Positions 54,392 to 64,000 of a DNA stretch of 64,000 nt are shown here, piece after piece. The notes below the pieces were generated by a model that saw only the letters and a list, made by a program, of their open reading frames with translations, searched no databases and was not told the origin of the DNA. How positions within the stretch are numbered: the first letter of the stretch is position 1; every line of letters starts with the position of its first letter. This DNA is from Antedon mediterranea (lineage: Eukaryota; Animalia; Echinodermata): contig NC_092674.1 of the NCBI RefSeq assembly GCF_964355755.1, forward strand, positions 2,356,001 through 2,420,000. Reading direction: 5' to 3'. Made by a program: the position numbers and the translations under genes.

Positions 54392-57300
54392 AATATTGAT
54401 GAAATAACATTCTTTTGAATTCGCTTCACTCTCATTAAAAATGGCGGATCCTGAAAACATGAACATTTAATATTGAATAAGAAAAGATCGCATACCACAC
54501 AGCATTTAATTCATATTGTGTGTAAATTTAATTCAATTTTTATTTCGGAACAAGTCCATATATCAAAAATACAAGTAATACAATTAAATAGTTGCACGAG
54601 ATTCGATTACAAACAAGGAATGAAAAGTACTGTAAAAAGAGATTATTAATATTATGCATTTAGTATTAGTAGAAAGTAAAAGATAATATTTCATATTGTG
54701 GTAGAAGAGATGTTTGTAGGCTTACTGTACGTCACCACTCTGTTTTGCTATCTAAAATTGTTAGTCTGACTTTCAACCAATCAGATCACTGGATTTTGTC
54801 AGATGGAGAATTCTGGCAATCTTTTTCTGTGAATTTGAAATCAGACGATCAAATCTCATCGCACAAGGAAAGGCAAAATAAAAGTGAGTTATTTACTACT
54901 TTTAAAAGGTCTTATTAACCATCATGTCTTTATAATATAGTCCTATTATTTCATAAAATAAGATTGAATGTTAGGCTGTATGTTTTGTTAATTATTAATA
55001 AAAGCTATTATATTTGCTAGGCCTCTCTCTTTTGTCAACGCTATTATTGGTCTAAGTAGAGCCACTGGGCGTCTTATTCTGGGTTTGAGAGCCGGCTTAG
55101 CCAGCCTAGGCCAAGTCTGGTTTGGGTAGTAAGTTTATTACCTAATTAACCTATTAAGGCGGCACTTCATGACGTGACATGTAAAAAGTCAATGAAGGAG
55201 TTAATATATTTATTCTCAGACTGTCACACATTATAAGTCGACTTAAGATGAGAAATTGTCACCTAGGTCGCGTGGCGCGCGCGTACCCGATGATAGTCTG
55301 CTGCTGCTGCTAGGCTGATAGCATCCATCCTACATCGCGTCTTTCTATACAATACGATAATACGTCACTAGAGGGGAAATCCCTATTTGATGAAATTCGA
55401 CACTGGAATGTTTTTATTTTAGTCTACCTGGAAATTGAGTTCAACATTTGCTGGGATTCATCACAACTAAATAAAAACATATTATTCATCCAAAGAAAGA
55501 AGCTGATCTCATTTTTTTTCCAAGAGGTACGTGTATAGCTTCACGAATCCGACTAGCGAGTTTTAATTACAATTATCAATTGTTTTGTAAAAGAGTCCCG
55601 ATCAATTCTTACGTCACACCTTATGGTTATCACAAATGAATATTAATATTTATTTTGTGACGTTTCATGAGGGTCCGAAACGGTACGAAAAGAAATATTG
55701 CGTCCCGGACTGTACCATAAATGGATTAAAACCATGATCTACAGATTTACACTATTTCTGAATAATGATTTTTTTTTTCGTTTATTATTCTTACACACAT
55801 ATATTCAAAATACATAAAAAGAATAATTATATTAACACGTACAATAGTAATTAATAAAAACATAGTATATGTTGAAGGAAACCTATAAGTTACAATTTTA
55901 CACCTAGGCTCCCAGAAAAAGTGAAGTACAGTAAAAAAAACGTTGGGAAGAAAAAGATGCATACGATTTACGATATATCCTATTAAAAAAGGAAGGGAGA
56001 GAGCGAAACAATGTGTAGAACTGATATGAAATACCGTAAGGCAAAATATGGAATAACCTACCAACTGAAATTAAATATTCCCAAACAATTGCTTCATCCA
56101 AAGTAAATATCAAAATAAATTCTAAGACTTCAAAGGTTCAAACAATATTATGATTAACACAGTGGTTAATTACTAATTGAATAGATATTAATAAACTGAT
56201 AATGAAAGTAGAACTACAAGTGCATGACACGACCACCATTTTTCGTGTTCATTGTGTAAATTTATTAATCATAAAAACCTGGAATTTATAATTTAAAAAA
56301 ACCAGCTATTTGTAAAAGAATAATGGCGACCGGATGATGGGGGATGTGTCTTAACAATGTTTGTATGTAGGCCTATTAATAAAGTGTATGTCATTATGCA
56401 TGCCTTTTACTTATTATAGGCCACCACATAGTAGGGCCTACATATTGTACTTTTATTCATCGGCCGTGCATTAACCCGCAGTTTCCCACCTTCCGCCCAC
56501 ATTTTACCAGTGGGAAGGTTCTATACCAAGGCCAGCCTGATGGCTACAAACAAAGATATATATGGCCTTGAAATGTTAGCCTGTCACGTAACAAGACCGC
56601 TCCTTCTTCGATCATTTATCATCCTAATCGGATTCAATAATATTAATATGCGACCGACGGCGCCCACGCTTTAGGACATCGACAACCTGTAGCCTACTTT
56701 TACAAGGTCAACAACCTGTCTTGTAAAGCCGTAGTCAATCTAGTATAAAAGTTGCCAAGTGTGCCAAGTGAACAAATATAGTTTTATTTGTTGTGTTCAA
56801 ATCATCTATACCAAGATATAAAACGAGCCCATTCATGATGATTCCTATAAGGCAATGTTTTTGTTTTTACGGCATGCATGACTCGCGCAAAATGTGGATC
56901 CGCTTTGATCTTTTGTCACCCAAATTCCCCCAAATACTCACTACAATGACACAATTTGTGTTGGTATGTAAAATCCGGATTGTCGCAAAAAATCTCGTTT
57001 CCGTAATGCCATACCGGTATGGTCAATTGTATAGGATTTGTATCGATATTATTATTATTATTAATTAATTATCGTTTACCCCGCCGAGACTAAATTCCCT
57101 TTTTAGAGTCATGTGCGCGGACTACTGTTAAAAACATGGTAAATACCAATTTCAGAATGATAATACAATAATCATTACAAATAATACAATTTATGTAGAT
57201 CTAGAAAATACCATATAGGCCTACTATAAAGAATATGATAGGCGTGACAGAACATAAGTAGGCCTATTCAGTTTTTTTTTTGCTCAAACCTAAGGGTTAT

Positions 57301-60300
57301 ACAGTAGGCCTACTAAGGGAGTTAAACTCTGAAATACAAACACAGCGTCGGAACATCACAAAGAAAAAATGAAAAAGTTAAAAAAAATGATGTTTAAAAT
57401 TTGATCTTTTCATTCATTCATTCATCAGTGGAAAATTACTTCCATTTATTGTCATTTGCATATAACATATAGGGGCCTACACAGACATTATGTTTGCTCT
57501 GAAATATACAAAAACAGATAAATGAAAAACTAACAAAAGCAATTACAAAGTGTCACATCACTCTCGTACGTTGTACAATTCTCATATATGCCATTTTGTC
57601 AGTTTAATTACTTTGATTAGCTAAATTAGTGATATCACCAAATTAAGTTTAGTTTGTTTACAATAAGACGAACTTACAAAAGAAATATCCATACAATAAT
57701 AATAATAATAGATACAATATTGCGCCCTCTTGGGTGTCTAAAAGTTAACGTTGAACTTTTATGAAACTGTAAAAGTAAATTTACGGCATTGTCAATTTGT
57801 GTTTTCATCTGGAAATCTATTACCGAATTATTACCGTTGATTGTTTCTGAATATTCTCAACTCATCTTTTACCGTGATCGATTGGCACAACACGGATATA
57901 TATCGGGGAATCGTCGACTGCGACAAACAGTTACGGCACCTTTTGTTATTAATACCAACGAAAAGTAATTTAGGGGAATTTGGCCACAAAATCTAAGCGG
58001 ATTCACAATGCGCATGATATCTATTTATTAATTAGGATTAAGGTACATTCCAAGGCTGTATTTAGGGATACAATAATTGTTGATAATCAGTGGGATTTTA
58101 AGACTAGATTTTAAGCTTTTTTTTACAATTTAAAGATCGATATGGAAATAGTACCGGATGCTCATTGCGAAATTCATATTTTTGTGACAAAACACATTTA
58201 AGCTAAATGTAATTCAAAAAACCTGAACATGCCCTATTTCATGAGTTCCAACTTCTATCACATGGTCTTCGGTACCGGAGTCTTATAATGTGTAGGACAA
58301 AACAAAAACTAAATTCTTTTGTTGCAACTAGTATTAGGCCTAGATTGAAAAAAAAGTTCAAATAATCTTTTTCTCATGGGCCATATTATTATGAATTATA
58401 GATGGATGAATATGGACCTTGCAGATTTAAGATGTTACGTTTAAATTTTATTTAATGTTTGTATTTTTTAATTGATTATTACTATATTCAAATTCAAATT
58501 TTATTCACCTTCCTTAGGAGAGAAACATATACAAACTGTATAACAAAATAAAACACATCAAAATGAACATTAACATGAATCAAAATATTTATATATAATA
58601 TTACTGTATTTAAAAAAAAAAAAATTTCATTCCTTGTTGAAATTGCCCCACTCGGGATGATTAAAGAATGTTAACATTCACATCCTCAAGAGAAACATAA
58701 ATCACATAAATAACAAAATCTAATTCTATATACAAAGATTTGTTGCCCCCCCCCCCCCCATGAACAATGAAGGTTATTTTGTAGTTTTAATAAAGTTCAC
58801 TTCCGCAGAAAAAAATAATATCTTTACTTAAAAAAAGTAAAAACAAACTGTTAAATAACCAAAATATCATTTGCTGGAAGCTAGTTTGACTATTTTTTTT
58901 GCTTTAAATTACAGTTTTTTTCAAGTAAATAATTTTTTTTCGATCCAATTTTTGATCAAAGTGAATAACTATTATGGAACATCAAAATGGCATATTAAAC
59001 AACACATTTTGGATAATTTATTTTTTCAGAGAGGGACGATACATCTTAAATATTTATTTACTTAAGTGACATAATTACTATTTAAGGGAAATATCTAAAT
59101 GACAAGGAGTCATTTATTTCGTGCGGCTTATAACGTGACGTTAGAAAACAGTGAATCCTTATGTATCTACACTGTACATCGGGTATACATTAACAGTATA
59201 CTGCATATGACACAAAATACACACAACTCAGCACTATAAACACGGATACGGATACTTCCTGCCTATTTAAAAGTTAACGTGCGGATAACCCGAACTCGTC
59301 GTCACGGTGACGTAGATATAACGCTAACACTGAACGCGCGGATAGCAATTTATTAGTCAAAACCAATGGATCATCGAAATTTTTGCTTGTGTTTAGTAAA
59401 ATTAAGAAATCCAACAGTCATTCATTCTCATAATGTTTCTGAATTTTAATTATCCCTTCAATTTGGGGTTTTTTTTCTCGTTATCTGGTTTTGGCGATTG
59501 TTGACGTTTATAAATGCCTTCTCATAAACAATCTTCCATTTTCCATGTAGGCATTTAGTTTTATTTTGTTATGAAATGAATTTGAACATGTGAACAAGGA
59601 ATACAATTTAATGGAATTGCTAATTCATGTGAATTATACTAAAGAAGAACTGTTTGGTTTTTTATTGTAGGCCCTATATAAGATTTTTATAATAATTACC
59701 GTCGAATCCTCCTAGCTCAATCAAAAAGTTGAAAGTTGGCACGTAATTCCACAGGTGAAAATACCTAACCTTAGTAGCTACACCCGGATTCAATGACACT
59801 TCAATATAGAGGAACAGGATGGAAAAACAGGATCGATTGCCGTTCCGGTTTTAAGCCTACTTTTGATTGACGTGGACGCGGCCATGACATTCTAGTAACA
59901 TCAAAAGTTCACATACAAACCTTTTCCTTACTTAAGCTTGGTTTTTTCACTTTGACGCGCGCAACGCAAGGCCAGGATGTGTAAGCGCGCCACAAGTATT
60001 GACCAATCATGAAGACGCGATAAGATGGCCATTCGAACTGTCGCTTGTGATAGGTCAACTCACTTGCGTACCCCTCTACGTCGTTGTACATCGATGATAA
60101 AATTGTATCCTCCTTGTTTTCCGGGGAAAAAACCCCCAAATATACCACTAACACTTGATCTCTAGACTCACAGAAATTGAGAATTGAGACTCCAGCCAAT
60201 GAAAACCGTCAAAGCCAGAGAAATTATAAATGAATTATTATTATTATTTTTTTTTTTTTTTTGTGAAAAATATCCCTTATAGGTGTTGAATCAACCATTG

Positions 60301-60813
60301 GCACACTAAAAGTGTCCCGTCCATGTAACATATGAGAAATGTCCCCTGAGTAGTGTAGTGTTTACAGTATTTCCCCTCGTTTCACGGAAAAGTGTCTCCT
60401 CAATGGGTGTGTACGTCCCCTGAATAGGGGTGTCCTAAAGGGGAGAGGTACCGTATACAATAGATATTGATATAAAGTATAACTATATAGTAGTAGTAAT
60501 ACAGCATGACATTTACATAATCCAATTGTTATGAATAGTGTTTAAATTGTCTGCTTTCACCTCCCCGATCCGATTATGAAGTACGAACAGACTTTAAAGT
60601 TTCCATTTCTGAGGAGCGAGGGATTTAGTATACTGTTTCAGCTGTTCTGATAATCCAGACGTCTCAAATCTAGACTTTCCCCAGACAAGGATGTTACACT
60701 AATATTGTTTTAATTTTTACAGTTTTCAAATTTAAAACACGATTCTTCCTAGTTGAATAGATATATTTTCTCGTTTTCAATTTCTGTACAACGAAACCGA
60801 TAGCCATACCTAA

Positions 60814-60975
60814 AGCTCTGTCTATACTATCAAACTTTATATGACAAAACAATGTCATGTGCCCATATATGGATACGATGACGTCATAGCACTACCATAT
60901 TGTGCATATCACTTCCATATTTGGGCACATCACATTTTTTTGTCACATAAAGTTTGATAGTGTAGAGACAAAGCA
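60814..60975. mobile_element. Family A Harbinger-like MITE (CpG-retaining copy)
   Basis: TAA|AGCTCTGTCTATACTATCAAACT ... AGTTTGATAGTGTAGA; core reads ACGATGACGTCATAGC. Confidence 0.8.
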
Positions 60976-61438
60976 GCTTTTAAACGCGTTCAATAAAAAG
61001 AGGGACACAAATCGCTATATTTCTTTTAATATTTCAATTCGTTTCAACGAATTAATAATTCGTTCAAACAATGATTTACTTCGTTCAAACGCGTTTTAAT
61101 TCGTAACGAATCGTAAAGGCTAAAATATTATTATGAATCGTTGTTGCAGCAGTCGCTCTATTTCCGCGGCTAAACTTAGATCCACTTAAACGAAAATTAC
61201 AAAAAATAAACTTTGTAATTAAATAAATTCTTTCATTTCAATCTTATACAAAGTTGACTAAAACAATTAAATTACAACGATTCGGAAGTGAGTGTCGGCA
61301 TGCCGCGTCTTCCTCCATCCACTCGGCATTCGTTCCCGCGGGGCACAAAGTTCACCCACTCAACGCTCGACTGTACACTTCTCCTCTAGCAGACTATTGA
61401 TTACCATATGGTCTGTTCTACATTCTATATTAATGTTA

Positions 61439-61669
61439 AGCTAGGTTCCCACTGGGGCGCAACGCAAGGACGACGTAAAGCTTGGTTCCCACTAGCGACG
61501 CGACGCAAGGACGTAACATTGGTCAACTCGCTTGCGTTGCGCGTATGTCCTTGCGTTGCGTATCTTGTGGGAACCACGCTTTAGCGCTTACAATTACGAT
61601 GCGATGGATCATCCATAATCGACTTGTGATTTGCCTTACTTTGCGTCGCGTCCCAGTGGGAACCAAGCT
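61439..61669. mobile_element. Family B Harbinger-like MITE with a second copy of the same family nested at ~61479-61580
   Basis: Outer TTA|AGCTAGGTTCCCACTGGG ... CCAGTGGGAACCAAGCT|TTA; inner TAA|AGCTTGGTTCCCACT ... GTGGGAACCACGCT|TTA; related fragment at ~62835-62955. Confidence 0.75.
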
Positions 61670-61995
61670 TTAATTAACCAGTCATTCTTAATCATACGTA
61701 TCCCCTGCGTGTTCATGACGTCATCGAATTTTCAACTTTAAATTACTATTATGACTGTGATGAACAATTTGACACAATGCTCTTATTTTTACCTTATTCA
61801 CTGTGTTTCTATATAAATACTATTTGAATTTATTGAAGTTTTAAACCATTTATTTCCCATTTCTTGAGTATTGTTACTTATAATTAAAATTTGACTAATA
61901 CATATTTGCCAATATAATAAAAACCAAAACAACAGCTTAGTTTAATTCAAAATAGAATTTTGACATATCATATTTGTGACGTCACCCCTCATTAA

Positions 61996-62150
61996 AGGCC
62001 AGTTTACACAGACGAGCGGTAACGGTAAGCGGAAAACCGCGTAGCTTGTCCCCTCGTAGAATCTGTATCGGAACCCGTCCATTGTGTGTAAATGGTTATA
62101 ACATACATTCTATATTATTAACGTTACTGGTCGTCTGTGTAAATTGGCCT
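61996..62150. mobile_element. Harbinger-like MITE (family C)
   Basis: TAA|AGGCCAGTTTACACAGACGA ... TCGTCTGTGTAAATTGGCCT|TTA. Confidence 0.75.
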
Positions 62151-64000
62151 TTAGTTAGGGGAAAACTAATGAGGGAAAACAATGAACACAAAACCACGGA
62201 CCCTGCACAAAACCAATCTGTTCAGGGAGAAATATTAATGATCTATTAGTCAATGGGTCCCGAGGGCCGAAGGCCCTTTAATATAGAGGTTATACTGCAT
62301 TACTGTAAAGATATCATTGTGGAAATGTCATCATGGTAATTACTGTAACAAGCGTTTTTTTATCCGTCTTACTAATCATTAAATCATCGTAAATAACCTT
62401 GTTACAGAACAAAATAATAAATATTAACTGTAAAATAGCGTGACATTATAATAAGGTGATTCCACCACCCGCCGCCCGCGCAACCATGCATAACGGAACA
62501 CTCAACACAATCACTTCCGCAAAATAACACCTTACAGCAAACGTATATTACTTATAGTTTCCTCAGTTATATAACAAACTACAAGTATGTACTACTCATG
62601 CATAGTAATACAATTGTCCAATATATATTTAAGGGTTCGTAATGCAAGGTCCATTTGAATGTGACGTCACGATGAAGCACGTGACCTCAGGTAAATTAAT
62701 CAAGATCGTATATCACCAGTTGTTGATATTAATAACAAGGTTGTAATATTTGTGAAAACATTAGTAGATCTATCTTGTGGTTATTATTGTTTATGATGGA
62801 TTCTGGTGGTAAGGACAATGACGTCACATTTACTACTAAAGCAAGGACGTATGACCAATTGAAGTTGACCAATCACAAGCGATAATCAATCGCTTGTAAT
62901 TGGTCAATTTACTTGGTGCGCTAAGGTATCTTTGCGTTGCTGCACAGGGAACCAACATTAATAATCAATTTTACACGTTATCTTAAATAATATAGACTTA
63001 TTCTAATAACAATTATTATATAACATCTAAAATAGATTCCTGTCATTTGATTGGACGATTGTGGGTCACATGGCGTGCAATAGTACGCACTATTAAACGA
63101 TAGTTTAATAGTTTTTTTTAAACATTTTGTTGCGCCTTGTTGAAATATAACCATTCATTCAACTCATGCCATTATTTTTGTACTATTACACTCATAAACA
63201 TTCACTATTTGTATATTATGAAATACCGTAGATAATATAATACCAAAATAATATATACATATAAAAATAAATTTAATAGAATATGATATAATTATTAAGT
63301 ATGATAATATCTATGCAGAGAGTTTGCAATGATCATATTGTTGTTCATACTTTTGGTTTAAAAAGTATAATCCTGGCCTAGACTTCAAACAATAATTAAC
63401 ACGACCACAAAATAAAGATCACGGCCAAGGTTTAGATGATACAAATATTAATATAAAAATGATAACAAACAACAACGGAAATGCGTCATTCACTTTTAAC
63501 TCATGTTAAACCATTGCGATGACGTATAAGCGTTATTGACGTCACATGGTTTGCGCCAATAATACATCTTTTCATAAAATAAAAATCCGAGATACAAATA
63601 TTTTAAAGTACTGTTTTGTTACCTTGTTGAAATGGGTGGAATATACCTTTACATGGATTACTCCATTTTTTGTAATTTTCCTCCCTGGTTTATACATTCT
63701 TTCGTAAAAATACACTATATTGTATAGATCTAGTTTGTACTGTTAATATGCAATTACAGCTCCTAATATACATATATTTAAAAAAATTATAAATGACCAA
63801 AGATAAAATATACTTGAAACTCTATATTTTTCATGAAATCTTTTTTTTTTTTTTTTTTGTACTGTAAATTATAACTTGTGTAATAGTATAAATAGTTTTG
63901 TAGTAAGTAACGACCTTGTGAAAAACACCAATATGGTGATTCAAGTGTTGCATCCGTTTTTAAATAAAGTTGTTATTATTATTATTATTATTATTGTTAA

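Noticed and set aside
56893-58008. Inverted ~45-bp homology about 1 kb apart (56893-56940 vs 57963-58008) as the ends of one element
   Set aside because: Diverged, with no TSD or defined termini; more likely two old fragments of a dispersed repeat.
59909-60199. 96-aa minus-strand ORF
   Set aside because: Non-ATG start, no recognisable domain, no supporting splice partners; overlaps promoter-like motifs.

Overview
AT-rich, intron-rich animal genomic DNA, probably a marine invertebrate such as an echinoderm (inferred from gene content and repeat types, not established). Nine protein-coding genes were reconstructed by hand from splice sites, and every complete model keeps frame. In order: 3' part of RPL35A (+); a small TIR-domain-only protein (-); a gustatory-receptor-like 7TM protein resembling GrlHz (-); cyclin B3 (+); IWS1 (-); EMC5/MMGT1 (+); WDR53 (-); SLC25A30/14 (+), which has a U12 intron carrying a 5S-derived SINE; and POLR2A (+, 24 coding exons, about 44 CTD heptads). 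Six of the genes form three head-to-head pairs. Introns hold about 25 copies of one Harbinger-like MITE family, other MITEs, SINE remnants and minisatellites. A Helentron-type element and a nested foldback transposon lie outside coding regions. The most unusual structure is in POLR2A intron 11, where the complete 3' splice site (branch point, pyrimidine tract, AG and first 8 exon bases) is repeated 40 times in tandem, and only the last copy gives an intact protein. The last ~11.7 kb has no recognisable CDS but is CpG-rich and has a cluster of perfect CRE palindromes.
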